Assembly (NCBI GenBank): GCA_030704615.1
Contig: CM060734.1
Span: 22,444,001-22,508,000, forward strand
DNA from: Takakia lepidozioides
Lineage: Eukaryota > Plantae > Bryophyta
DNA length: 64,000 nt
Direction: 5' to 3'
Shown here: positions 10,577 to 24,200 of the stretch, one piece after another
How the letters are laid out: each line of letters opens with the position of its first letter
Numbering within the stretch: the stretch's first letter is position 1
Made by a program: the position numbers and the translations under genes
The notes under the pieces: model-generated
What the model saw: the letters and a program-made list of their open reading frames with translations, nothing else
Told to the model about the DNA's origin: nothing
Database searches by the model: none

Positions 10577-11399
10577 GTTTATACACAAGGGGTGGATAAA
10601 TTGATAATAAAATATATACAGGGGGTCATGATCACTGTCCAATGCTAAGTACAAAGGTGATCGTGCTACCTCGCTCCCCAGTTCTCGTCTGAGGTCCAGC
10701 TGCTCAGAAACAGATCCATTCTGGCTAAGGAGAAGCTCGATTCATTGAAAAGGATTCATGAGCAAGAGGGAAGTATCCAGAAACAGGTAACAGAGACGAG
10801 GAGAGGCTGTGGAATGAATACTTTTCTGACCCAATCAATGGTATCGGCACCAATGGAGGACGAATAGCTAGCTCCATCGACAAACCGGCCTGCAATGGTG
10901 GAGCTGCGAACAGAATTGACGTTGATGGTCTGATGTACCTAGCCCAATCGTCGTGGCTGGGATATCCCTATGAAACAGTAAACCTAAACAGAGAACAAGA
11001 AGCCGGACAAGTTGAGTGCAATGAAAGGCACCAGTAGAGCTTTCAGCAAGTTGATATGCTGTCCAGGATCAGCAAATACACAACAACAATGGATGCAAAC
11101 CTCTGGAGAGTCTCTGTCAATTTGAAAGAGCCCCAATATCGGCAGCAATATGCACGCCCAGACTACGGAGAGCCTGACCCGAGACCTGCATATCGAAAGC
11201 CATACTTCCTGCACCGACGCTCCGCATGAGGTCACATTCAGTGCGAATCCTCGTAGACCTGCCTGCATTGCTACACGATTCATGTGAAACTAAAGACCTC
11301 GGGTATCTGTTGCTGCGTACTCTCCAAATTAGAACGAGCAAGATGACCATGCTTGCGGGAAGCAGCTAGCACGATCGTGGTCACATGTTCCAAAGATGA

Positions 11400-11632
11400 C
11401 CAGTAGGGAACTTAGGGAACTGGGAACCAGTGACCAGGTACTTTGGGTGTAGTTTAATTTTTTTAAATCCCTCTCTGATCGAATTTAAATTATATAGAGC
11501 CTGGTTGGTCATATCTTTGTCAAATGATCTCCGTTTGACGCAGTTTTTGAGGGGATAGCTGTAGAAAGGGGACATCTACCTATCTAGACCCGGTTTTAGT
11601 TTTTTGGACTATGCTAAAAATCTATGGAATTT
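11400..11632. repeat. Dispersed non-coding repeat; inverted copy at ~29050-29255
   Basis: GGTCATATCTTTGTCAAATGA.CTCCGTTTGACGCAGTTTTTG matches the reverse complement near 29110-29150. Confidence 0.75.
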
Positions 11633-11779
11633 TTTGAGTGTGAGTGTGAGTGTGAGTGTGCTATGAAATATCCACAATTCTGTTTCTAGAACTTGTTGTG
11701 GTCTACATGAGAGACAAATCAGGGGATGTCCTCTTTGTATGGCTGGGGGAAATGAGGACGTAATTGAAGGGCAGGTCTC

Positions 11780-14700
11780 TTCCGGAATTTTGGGCAAGGA
11801 GCTCAGGAGAAGGGTGCGGGATGCAACCTTGTTACAAGTAGCCCAACCCACATTAGCAGATGTGTTTCTGCTGGCTGAGCGGATTGAGCTCAACATGGTG
11901 GAGGAGCGAGTTGTTACCATTGGATTTGGCAAGGACATGCCTGCACGAGGCGCAGCTGCCAGCCAACAGGCACAAGGGACTGCCCAACAGTGTGGTCAGG
12001 GGGGCAAGGTTTCCCAACCCAAATTCCATGGAGCTTACAGAGGACCTCAGGTATAGAGGCCAGTAGCATCTTTTGCAACCCAACAGTAACCAGGGGTGAT
12101 ATGTTGGACATGTGGAGGACCTCATGTCAAGAAAGATTGCCCAGAGAGTGGCAAAAGGCTGGCACAAGCACAGTCTGCACAGTTGCAGTGTGGGCATTGT
12201 GACAAGTATGGGCATGGAAATGCCCAGTGTTATGACTTGCACCCTGAGTTGCGGCGAGGCCAGTTCCAAGGGAACAATGGTGGCCGAGGGCGAGGTGGAG
12301 CACCTCAGAGAGGACGAGGTGCTCAGGCACGAGGTGCAGGACGAGGGCAAGCACAGTATGGCCAAGGACGTGGAGGTTAGGGCGTTGATCAAGGTATGGC
12401 CAACCGGCTTCAGCAGCTAGAGCAAAGGCTTGCTGCCATGGCCACAGCTCAGGTGGTACTAGCTCCAAGACCTGAGGGTCCACCTCCTGTTCCTCCTCAA
12501 CAGCGTCATCCTGACGGAGGAGACATGAGAAGCATGGGATTTATGTGTGGGGCAGCACTACCACTAGTGCCGGTGGAGTCTGCTGCAGCCGTCACTCGAG
12601 TAGCAGCACAAGTTTCTGAGCCACGAGGTGCAGAGGTGGAGTTGGATTCACAACGTGGGGAGGCAAGCCGTCAGGCTAGGTTGCCTCAATCATTCATCTT
12701 GGCGGAGACAGTGTTGACGATATCCATGGCACCTAATTCTCGCCCCACGGATACCGAGGCGGAGGTTATTGTGCCATTGGGAAGATCTATACGTACAGCA
12801 CTGGCACCGGCTGCCAAGGCTAGTGCAACCAGTGTGTTGTTGGGGGCAGCCACCTCTGTGTGTCAAGCCCCACTGTTCTCGGCAACCATGATCGCGACGC
12901 CGGGGGTAAGACCAGCTGCACAGTTCAGACTAGCAGCAACACTCTGCGAGAGTGGGGAGCTCACTTCATCTTCTGCGGAGTTAGTGGAAGGTACAGTGGC
13001 AGGTATAGTAGCAGAGGGATCCTTAGATTTGAGGGTCAAGACTGCCACGGCTACGCCATGGCAAGCTGCAGCTGCCAGGTTGACAGAGCTGCCAGCTAGG
13101 CTAGCCTTTGAGCGCGCCATGGTGACACCTAGAGTTGTCTTGTTAGACAACCAGGATGGCATTTTCTCTTTGAGTGGACCAGCAGGCAAGAGGTACCGGC
13201 CACTGCGGGTCTTGTTGGACTCGGGAGCTCAGCCATTGATGTTGGGCAGAGCTGCTATTGCAGGTTTGGGCCTCGTGGAGGCGGATATGGAGCCTTGTCC
13301 TTTCCTATACAAACATCTCTGGGAGGATCAGAGCAGGCTTGGGGCATGACACGGCGTGAGTTGGCCATTAGACTACAGCCGGATCATCCTATAGATGGCT
13401 CAGTGATGCGAGCCAAGACCATTGTGCCAGATGCGGTCTCTTACGATGTCCTCGTTGGTGGGGCAATGTCATATCCCATGGGCTTCACCCTGGACTTTTG
13501 GGAAGAGTCAGCATCCTACAGGCCTAGATGGCAATCAGGGGATGGTCGTCGTGTACAACTCCCTATGACATTCATTGGGGGTGTTGCTGCTGCCCAACGG
13601 GGCAAGATGCCAACACTAGCAGCCTTCACAGCTGCAGTTAGTTGGCCTGGAGGGTTGCTGGAGGGCAATGCCCATGCAGAGGATGTGCCACCTCTAGCAG
13701 AGCAGGATGACATGCATGGTACGGCGGAGTTTCCTACCATGGTTGCTCACACTCCATTGTGGGGTACGAGCAAGGATTTGTAGCAAGGCTGTTGATAGAC
13801 GGGTGCAACAAGCCTGGGTAGAGGCCTTCGTACCATCAGGAGAGGAGGAGAATGTGGTGATTGCACCAGGACCACCTCAGTTGTCGCCATTGGACACCAC
13901 ACCTCTTGTGTGGCAGTGCCCACATGAAGGCATATGCCTTCCGGACTTGTTTGGAGGGATCAACACTGGATTGGCTGCAGTGCTACAGGCAGGTATACAA
14001 GTTCGACGTTACTTGTATGTGGAGAGGGATGAGACTGCACGACGCGTCTCACTGCGCCATGTTGCTCAGTTGGTACAGCAGTACCCTGATTTGTGCCAGT
14101 GTCTGCAGTTCGTGGATACCAACAAGCACTGCCAGCAAACATCTCTTTGCTGGGGGCGCATTATTTGGAGCGGGTTGACCCTATTCACTTAGTAGTGGCA
14201 GGTTGGCCCTGCCAAGGGCTTTCATCAGCTGGGTATGGCAATGGGTTACAAGACTCAAGGTCACGCCTGACCCAAGCCAAGACCACACTCGATGTACACT
14301 GGCCATCACCTTGGCCTGAGAATCACCCATCAATGGCACATTCTCCAAGATATATGCCGGAGAGTCTGTCTGCTGAAGTTGTAAATAGCGTAGGACCCTC
14401 AACATCTCCCAGCAGTGTTGTTGGATGCAGCTGCAGTGGGGTCACGGGTTCATCGCCCACGACTATGGTGGACCAACTTGATGCCACCTACATTGCTCAA
14501 GTGTGCATTTGATGGGGTGCAGCGGCCACCAAACCTGACGGTGGATAGCATTTTGGTCATAGGGAGGCAGTCTCAACGTGTGAGACACGATGACCGATCA
14601 CCTTTGGCAGTGGTCAATAAGGTGGGTCACCCACAAGCCGCATTGCATACACTGCTCAGCTTTCCAGGATCTCATGCCTTTCGGGATGGTGGACCTGGCC

Positions 14701-17700
14701 TCTTGTGGGATAGCCAGTTGCAGCAGTTAGTGGAGCCCAATGCTGACGAGCGCGAGCGGGCGATGGGTTTTATCACTGGTACCACGGCGGTGCCATCTCT
14801 TTCTGAGGCATCACGTCGTCAGGTGTTGGGGCAAGCAATGGATCTCAATTGCTTGACCTGGATTATCAGCTTGGCTATGGCTGAGCAGCGCAGAGTACAG
14901 AGTACACTTCCCTTGATGGTCTCCCTGCCCACCGAGACGGTACAGGCAGCGAGTGGGGGCGAACAGGTGAGGACCACAAGGTGCAGGCCGCATCCATGGC
15001 ACACGTGGGAGGTGCTCGAGGTTCAGAAGGACTTGGCAGCCAAGGCGGTGGTGATGGATCAGGTTGGGGATTTTTCTCGGGTTGAGGAGGTCCTCAGGAT
15101 GGGATGATGGGGCAGGATGAGACATTGTCACTGACAGAGGAGGCAGTGGTCACTGCTCAAGAGGTTGCAGCATAGCAACCACGAGACGCGTCTTCTACCT
15201 CTAAGCCTGTTGGACTCAAGGTTGCAGTCACGGAGGACAACTGGGAGCCTGATGTTGGACCTATAGTCACCGGAGGAGAGAGAAGACGTATACGGCGGTT
15301 CTTGAGGGCTTACAGGAATTGCTTTGCCTTCAGTTTGAAGGACTTAGGAGCACTGAAGGGTCAAGAGATTCGCTTTGAATTGGCTACTGACACGCCAATC
15401 TTTCGGAGACCCTATAGATACAGTGACATGGAGAGGTCCTTGATTCAGATGAGAACTCAAGATTTTTGGGAGGCTGGTTTGGTGGAGCTATCTGGGGGAG
15501 AGTATGCGTCAGTCACAGTGATGCCAGCCAAGAATGATGTTTATGGCAATTGGACGGAGAGACGTATGTGCGGTGATTACCGGCCTGTAAATCGTCAGAC
15601 CAAGTCCGATAGGTATGCCATGCCGACACCAGAGGAGATCTTTGATGCCATTGGGCATGCCAAGGTCTTTAGCACTTTGGATTTACGATCCGGATATCAC
15701 CAGTTGCCGATCAAGGAGGCGGATAAGCAGAAAACGGCATTTTGGGGGATCAATGAGCACGGGAAGGATTGCCTATACCAGTGGCGGTTCTTACCATTTG
15801 GGCTTAAGAACGCTCCTGCAGAGTTTCAGAGAGTCATGGACAAGATTCTAGCAGGGGTGGAGTTTGCTCGGTGCTACATAGATGACATCATCAACTTTAG
15901 TGCTACGGTGGAGAAGCATAAGAGACACCTTCAGGTGGTATTTGAGCGCTTGAGGGCGTACGGATTGAAGTTACATCCGGGGAAGTGCAAGTTTTCCACA
16001 ACCAGATTGAGTATCTGGGTCACATGATATATCCTGGAGGATTGGGGGTACAACAGACTAAGATAGAGGCCATTGCACAGATTCCACGCCCCACGGATGT
16101 GAGCCGAGTTCGAGCTTTCATGGGGTTGGCAAACTATTATAGACGGTTTGTCAAGGAATTTAGTGCCATTGCAAAGGCTCTAACCAAGCTGACCAAGGTG
16201 GACCCGGAGTGGCAATGGGAAGATGAGCAAGAATGAGCTTTCCAAGAGCTCAAGGCGAGGTTGACCTCGGCGCCCATCTTGAGACGACCTATCAGGGGGC
16301 GTTTTTTTCAGCTACATACAGAGTGGAGCATGTTGGGGCTTGGAGCGGTGCTCACACAGGTGGATGATGAGGGAAGAGAGTTCGTAGTGGCTTATGCCAG
16401 TCATTCGAACAACGCTGCAGAGGCTAAGTATAGCTCATATAAAGGAGAGTGCTTAGCTGCAGTGTGGGCCGTGGCACACTTCAGGTGCTATCTATATGGC
16501 AATCTCTTCACCCTTGTCACGGATCACCAGCCACTCAAGTGGTTGATGGAGTCAGACAAGCTTACGGGGAAGCTTGCACGGTGGGCACTCATACTTCAAG
16601 AGTATGACTTTCAGGTTGTGCATCGACCGGGTTTGGTCAATCGGGATGCGGATGGGTTGAGTCGCAATCCATGCACGAGCCAGCAGGATGACACTGGAGC
16701 TCAGTGGCATGGTGAGACGGACGAGGAGATGGTGCCCGGATGGCATGCATTTGCATTTTTGTGTATCTTGGCAGCGGAAGGCCAGGTTGGACCTACAACA
16801 GGGATGACTGTAGACCGAGTGTCTGAGGACCCTGAGGCCAGCAATGAGCAAGGTGGCGCTAAAGATATACATGAGGATTCAGCTGTGTTGGACTATCTCC
16901 GCACTGGGGGCACGGCAGCCACTGTGACTGCCAAGGAGAGGGATCGGATCCTACAAGGAGCCAAGAGGTTCAAGTGGGAGGGGACACACCTGCTCCGAGT
17001 GTGGGAAGATGGTCGAATGAGGATTGTGCCTCACCCAACCCAGCGGGCATGGTTAGTGCGGCATGCCCATGAGGAGTTGGGGCATTTTGGGGTGCGACGC
17101 ACTCATAGTCTACTGCCGGGGCAGTATTGGTGGCGTGGTATGCACACAGAGGTGCAACAATTTGTGGCTAGGTGCATGGTGTGTCACAGGGTACGTGCTT
17201 CATTCAACGCCCCTACTCCACAATTGCACCATCTTCCAATCATGGGATTGGGCTACAGGTGGAGTCTTGACTTCGCAGGGCCGTTGCCACTGACCATGCG
17301 CCACAACAAGTACGTGTTGGTGATGGTGGAGCACTTCTCCAAGTGGATCGAGTTGGTTCCATTGCCTGATAAGGCTAGTGAAGGAGCTGCGTTTGCATTC
17401 TTGGATTGTGTATTTAGCCGATTCGGTGCTCCAGCTGAGGTACTCACGGACCAAGGGAGAGAGTTCTTGGGGGAGTTTCAGGCATTGTGTGACAAGGCCT
17501 TGGTAGACCACCGCACCACTTCTCGGGATCATCCTGAGGCCGATGGCTTGGCAGAGAGGGTTGTTCAGACAGTAAAGAGGGGTTTGCGCAAGTATGGCTT
17601 GCAGAAGGGTCACCTAGGAGATTGGGACCTTCAGTTACCTTGGTTAGCCATGGGCTACAGGTTCAGCAAGCAAGCATCACTTGCCTCCTTCTCACCATAC

Positions 17701-17997
17701 TCTCTTCTCTTTGGCCGAGAGCCGGATTTGCCTGCATCCATTCGTAGAGAAGCTGCTACATTTCTCAACCTTGACGATCCAGACATGTGGGCACGTGCAT
17801 GTGATCAGCGTGCAGAGTTGTTCAAGATAGTACGTCCTGCAGTCACATCCAAGGTCGTAGGAGCAGTCTGTTGCAGATAAACATAGTCACCAGGGTTAAA
17901 TCTCCGAACTCCAGGACGATAGCCCCCACCACGTATGGTAGCAGACCTCAACGTATCACGATGTTGTGCAATGGCAAGGTTCTCGAAAGCCATGGGC
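11780..17997 (+). mobile_element. Gypsy-DNMT copy 2: gag C-half, PR, DNMT, RT, RH, IN; 3'-truncated, two internal inversions
   Basis: Zinc knuckles CWTCGGPHVKKDC and CGHCDKYGHGNAQC; RGG tract; LLDSGAQ (DSG 13218-13226); DNMT ~13930-14850; RT ORF 15302-16027; RH/IN ORF 16261-17880. Confidence 0.95.
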
Positions 17998-18462
17998 TGT
18001 TTGAGACAATCGATGGGTGGGTTGAGGGTAGGGTTAAAGATGGCTTTGTGCGCTTTTTTGGGGTGATCATGTAACAGTTGGTTAAAAGAGGAAACAATTT
18101 TTTTGTGATTGGCGGTGGCCTTTTGTTTGGTAATACTATACCCGGCTTTCTTAGTATCTTTTCCAACTTTGGAGAGAGCAGCTATCTAGTTAGGAATGTT
18201 TTGGGGATTGTCGGGTGGAGGCATAAGTGCTTGACATGTAGTTAGGGTATTTATGCAAGTGATATGGGAATCCGTAGCCTATTTATTCTCTGGGTGTATG
18301 GAGGTAGTGGTAGGTATAATAGTGAGGGCGCGTCTGATCGTGTGGTATGTGTTAAGGTGTGATGTCCATGTACGTTTTTGTGTGCGAGTAAGGTAGCCAC
18401 CATTTTGTTTGGAGCGCGTAGTTTGCGGGATTTCAGGGGGGGCAGAGTAGGTAGCAATGACA
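17998..18462 (-). mobile_element. Probable LINE-like fragment
   Basis: Same C/A-rich minus-strand skew and Pro/Thr/His-rich translation as the LINE at 32-35 kb; no diagnostic motif. Confidence 0.3.
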
Positions 18463-18547
18463 TGTCGTGCGCATATGTATCGCTACACAACTACATCGCT
18501 ATCCAAACCACACCACATATATATGCACAATAAAGTAGTCTGCCACA
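18463..18547 (-). repeat. Isolated block B (85 bp, TG...CA)
   Basis: Near-identical to 21580-21664; on the minus strand TGTGGCAGAC...GCGCACGACA. Confidence 0.85.
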
Positions 18548-21190
18548 AGTGCAACCTCCAGTTTACATCATGGAGAATGTTCCTCTCATGGGGGATTCTC
18601 GGGCCAGGATTATGGCCAGTGTACATAAGATCCGGTCATGGATTGGACCAGCTGTATTGTTGGATGCAGCTGCAGTGGATTCACGGGCACATAGGCCTAG
18701 GTTGTGGTGGACCAATCTTGCACCACCAGAGTTGCTCAAGAGAGCCTATGATTCCATTCAACGACCACCCAACCTCATGGTTGAGGGCATTTTGGACCAA
18801 GGGAGGCAACCACAGAGAGTGCGACATGATGATCGTCCACCTTTGGCGGTGGTCAATCGAGTGGGGCAACCACGTGCGGCCTTGCCTACACTCATGAGTT
18901 TTCCCTCGTCTCATGCTTTTCGAGACAATGGTCCTGGGTTGATTTGGGACAGTGTGTTACAACAATTGGTGGAGCCCAATGCGGATGAGCGAGAGCGGGC
19001 AATGGGATTTGCCACGGGCACTACAGCTATGCCAGCTCTGTCAAAGGCATCACGACGCCAGGTGTTGGGTCAGGCAATGGATCTCAATTGATTGACATGG
19101 GTCATTGGCTTGTGTATGGCTGAGCAACGGAGATTGCAAGCATTGGTGGCTACTTCCGCTCTCCCATTGGATATTGCACCATCTCTGCCAACCGGGACGG
19201 TGGAGGCAATGAGTGGGGGCGAGCACGGGATCATGGGGTGCAAACACCCATGGCAGATGTGGGATAAGATGCGCAAAGAGAGAGTCATTGGATCTCTCAA
19301 GCAGCAATATGAGGAGTGGGGAGAGCCATACACTGAGGATCAGTTGGAGGCAAGGTGGCTAAGGTTTTGAAGAGGTTGAAGATGTTTCTTCCCCAGAGGA
19401 TGTTCTCAAGGTGGCTATGGCGGAGCAAGTGGAGGCTACGCCACAGTCAGGATGGGCGGACAAGGCCCAAGAGGTATTATCTAGCAACCAAAGGATGCGT
19501 CTCCTACCTCCAAGCCTGGTGCACCCAAGGTTGTAGTCACTGAGGACAATTGGAACCAGATGTTGGACCTACAGTAACGGAGGAGAGAGACGGAGGATCC
19601 AACGAGTTCTAAGGGCTTATGGAAAATTGCTTTGCCTTCGGTTTGAGGATTTGGGGAGTTTGAAGGGTCAGGAGATTCGTATTGATTTGGCAAGTGACAC
19701 GCCAATCTTTCGAAGGCCCTACCGGTATAGTGACATGGAGAGGTCATTGATCCAGTCACGGACTATTGAGTTGTTTGAAGTTGGATTGGTGGAGTTGTCA
19801 GGCGGGAGTATGCCTCGGCAACGGTGATGCCAGCTAGAAGGATATCTATGGCAATTGGACAGAAGAAGGATGTTGGGGGACTATCGTCCTGTGAACCGAT
19901 TAGACTAAGTCCGATAGATATGCCATGCCAACTCCAAAGGAGATCTTTGATGCCATTGGGCATCAAAGGTGTTGATCACATTGGACATTGCGATCTGGTT
20001 ACCACCAGTTGCCGATCAAAAGGCAGGCTGATGGCTTGGCGGAGGAGAGTTGTTCAGATAGTCAAGAGAGGTTGAGCAAAAAGTACGGTTTGCAGAAGGG
20101 ACACCTAGGAGAATGGGACCTTCAGCTGCCAGGTACGCCACTATACGTGGAGGGGGATATCGGCCAAGTGTGCGGCGTTTCCATCCTGGGGACTATGTGT
20201 ATCTGTGCAGACAATGCTACGACCTTGGATGTCACAGCAGGTTGTGTGATTCTAAGGGTCCGGGAGGTGTTGCCTTCAGGAGTGTGATTCTGGAGGGTCG
20301 AGATTGGCATGGTATGGAAGGACCATGTGCGACTTGTGCGCCAGGTCACCTCCGCATGGGGATGGAGGATATATCCCACCTGCAGTGGTACCTGCAGGGT
20401 CAGGGTTGCGTTGCATTGCTATGTGGGCATGTGGTGTCGTGTCGCACCATGTTGGTGTGTGACAGCTCAAGGGGTGCGACCATGGGATGCTTGACACCGC
20501 CACTTGAGGAGGTTCCTAGTGGAGAATGGTTGTTGTCCACAATGCCTGGACAGAGGTAGTGGGGCATGACAGTGGTGAGAGCGTTGACAAGTGATCGAGG
20601 TAAGCTAACTGGCGTTCAATGCCATGGACACCCAATTGAAGCCATGGATTGCAGGAAGCGAGTAACGATGGGGCTACTTTTGCTTAGATACTGGGACTTG
20701 GGCGATTGATGACCACGCGGTGGATCTTATGGGAGGGATACTTGTCAACTATCTGGTGTTAGAGGGACCTAATCACCAGTTAGGGGGGCGATTGTGGTAT
20801 AGCTCTCTAGGACTGTGTGCTTAGATTGTGTGATGGACAACGATGTATGTTGTGGCACGATGCTTAGGTGACGACAGCTGTCATGGTTTAGTCATGGTTA
20901 TCTAGAATTCCTACTCTAGTTAACTATGACATTTTAGATCATTTATATTTATATGTGTGTGTTGGACTTCATCTGGTTCTCACATTGCCAAGTGAGAGTA
21001 TCGAGCCTCACTTGGGACATGGGGATAGGTTTTCCCCTTGTGAGATGGAGGAGGCTCATCTTCTTGTAGTTGAGCCTCCATGAGCCTCTCTCACTCTATA
21101 GACTCTAGGTATTGAGAGGGAGTGTGGGGAGGGCTGTGTAGGGTGGACCTTGGCTTGACTTAGTTTATGTGATTGAGTGGGTTATGGAGG
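18548..21190 (+). mobile_element. Gypsy-DNMT copy 3 (diverged subfamily): DNMT motifs VI-X, deleted RT/IN, PHD, PPT, terminal blocks
   Basis: ORF 18549-19091 YIMENV..HRPRLWWTNL..ERERAMGF..RRQVLGQAMD; RT and IN scraps; GCLTPPLEEVPSGEW; PPT 20782-20791; block B 20793-20876; palindrome 20873-20882. Confidence 0.88.
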
Positions 21191-21231
21191 GGAGGGTTTC
21201 CATTATGTTCACTTCAATTATCACTACAAGA

Positions 21232-24200
21232 AGAAAACTAAACTCACATTGTCTGATGACACAAAAACACGAAATACAATACAATCACTCGTTAAAATAA
21301 GGGTCGAGCCAGGGGCACCCCAAGCTATGGGGTCTCCACCCCACAAACATCCTACTCTCCCTCCATAAGGTACACTCAGATGCTAAGCAACGAGGGAGCT
21401 CGGTCGTGCAGGCTCAATCGAGAGAGATGAGCCGCACGACTGACGAGCTCGTGAAGATAAGATGGTTCAGGTGTCAAGCTAAACTTGACACCTGACTAAC
21501 AATTGAACTAATTCCAAGTGTTAAATACAAATAGATTTATTCTAGTTAGTTTCACACTGTGTTTATTTAACTGAAAAGCTGTCGTGCGCATACGTATCGC
21601 TACACAACTACATCGCTGTTCAAACCACACCACACATATATGCACAATAAAGTAGTCTGCCACAACGCCCCTCCATCGCTTGATGGTTAGGTCCCTCTAA
21701 CTTAGATAGCTTACAAGATGTATAGCCACAGCCAAACTAAGTCCTTTATCACTATGTCCCTCTTGACTCAAATCTATAGACCAAGAGGTCGGGTACAAGA
21801 GTAGCCCCCATCGTTAGTCGCCGTCTTGCAATCTGTGAACTTGAGCCAAGGATCTTGTGTGTTGGCTCCTAGTAGCTTGGCCTGCATTCTTGTTAGCATT
21901 CCCATGCAGGTTGTATCCACTCCCACTATCCACTGTAATGTGGACATAACCAATCCCCTCAGGAACCATTTCAAGAGGGGGAGTCAAGCATCCCATATGC
22001 CAACCTCTAGAGCATCGATCACACACCAGCATGGTGGTGCCCGTCTAGCAGGACCCACACAACATGCATCTCAAAACTTGCAGGCCCACTGCCAGGTTTG
22101 GGTCAATCCTGCCATCGACTTTGGAGGTGACATGGCACGCATTACGAACATGGTCCTTCCAAATCATGCCATCCCGACCCTCCAAGATCAGGACGCCTGA
22201 GGGCAATACCTCTCGAACCCTCAAATAACACGTCCTGCAGTCACATCAGGGCGTTGGAGCAGTCTGCTGCAGATAAACATAGTCACCAGGGTGAAATGAA
22301 TCTCCAACCCATGACGATAGCCCCACCACGTATGGTAGCATACCTCAACGTATCACGATGTTATGCAATGGCAAGGGTATCAAAAGCCATGGGCATGACT
22401 TTCTTGAACAACTCCGCGCGCTGACCACATGCATGTGCCCAAACGTCCGGATTGTCAAGGTTGAGAACTGTAGCAGCTTCTCTACGAATGGATGCAGGCA
22501 AATCTGGCTCTCGGCCAAAGAGAAGAAAGTATGGTGAGAAGGGGCAAGTGATGCTTGCTTGCTGAACCTGTAGCCCATGGCTAACCAGGGTAACTGAAGG
22601 TCCCAATTCTAGGTAGCCATTACTTGCGCAAACCCCTCTTCACTGTCTGAAACAACCCTCTTGCCAAGCCATCGGCCTCCGGATGATCCCGAGAAGTGGT
22701 GCGGTGGTCTACCAAGGCCTTGTCATACACCGCCTAAAACTCCCCCAAGAACTCTCTTCCTTGATCCGTGAGTACCTCAGCTGGAGCACTGAATCGGCTA
22801 AGTACACGATCCAAGAATGCATACACAGCTCCCTCACTAGCCTTATCAGGCAATGGAACCAACTCGATCCACTTGGAGAAGTGCTCCACCATCACCAACA
22901 TGTACTTGTTGTGGAGCATGGTCAGCGGCAACGGCCCTGCGAAGTCAAGACTCCACCTGTAGCCCAATCCCATGATCGGAAGAGGGTGCAATTATGGTGT
23001 AGGGGCGTTGAATGAAGCACGCACCCTGTGACACACCATGCACCTAGCCACAAATTGTTGCACCGTGTGTGCATACCACGCCACCAATATGCCCTGCAGT
23101 AGGACTATGAGTTGTCGTCGCACCCCAAATGTCCCAACTCCTCATGGGCATGCCGCACTAACTGTGCCCACTGTGTTGGGTGAGGCACAATCCTCACTCA
23201 ACCATCCTCCCACACTCGGAGCAGGTGTGTCCCCTCCCACTTGAACCTCTTGGCTCATTGTAGGATCCGATCCCTTTCCTTGACAGTCACAGTGGCTGTC
23301 GTGTCTCCAGTGCGGAGATAGTCCAACACAACTGAATCCTCATGTATATCTTTGGCGTCACCTTGCTCATTGCTGGCCTCAGGGTCCTCAGACACTCGGT
23401 CTACAGTCATCCTTGTTGTAGGTCCAACCTGGCCTTTTGCTGCCAAGATACACAGAAATGCAGATGCATGCTATCCGGGCACCATCTCCTCGTCCGTCTC
23501 ACCATGCCACCGAGCTCCAGTATCATCCTGCTGGCTCGTGCATGGATTGCGACTCAACCCATTCACATCCCGATTGACTAGACCGGGTCGATGTACCACC
23601 TGAAAGTCATATTCTTGGAGTATGAGTGCCCACCGTGCAAGCTTTCCTTTAAGCTTGTCTGACTCCATCAACCACTTGAGTGGCTGGTGATCCGTGACAA
23701 AGGTGAAGAGATTGCCGTATATATAGCACCTGAAACGTGCCACGGCCCACACTGCAGCTAAGCACTCTCCTTCATATGAGCTATACTTAGCCTCTGCAGC
23801 GTTGTTTGAGCGGCTAGCATAAGCCACTACGAACTCTCTTCCCTCATCATCCACCTATATGAGCACCGCTCCAAGCCCCAGCATGCTCCAATCTGTATGC
23901 AGCTGAAAAGGACGCCCCCTGATAGGTCGTCTCAAGATGGGCGCCGAGGTCAACCTCGCCTTGAGCTCTTGAAAAGCTTGTTCTTGCTCATCTTCCCACT
24001 GCCACTCCTGGTCCACCTTGGTCAGCTTGGTTAGAGCCTTTGCAATGGCACTAAATCCCTTGACAAACCGTCTATAATAGTTTGCCAACCCCACGAAAGC
24101 TCGAACTCGGCTCACATCCGTGGGGCGTGGAATCTGTGCAATGGCCTCTACCTTAGTCTATTGTACCCCCAATCCTCCAGGATATATCATGTGACCCAGA

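Noticed and set aside
10690-10790. Exon-like stretch ending CAG|GTAAC
   Set aside because: No recognisable protein and no partner exons.
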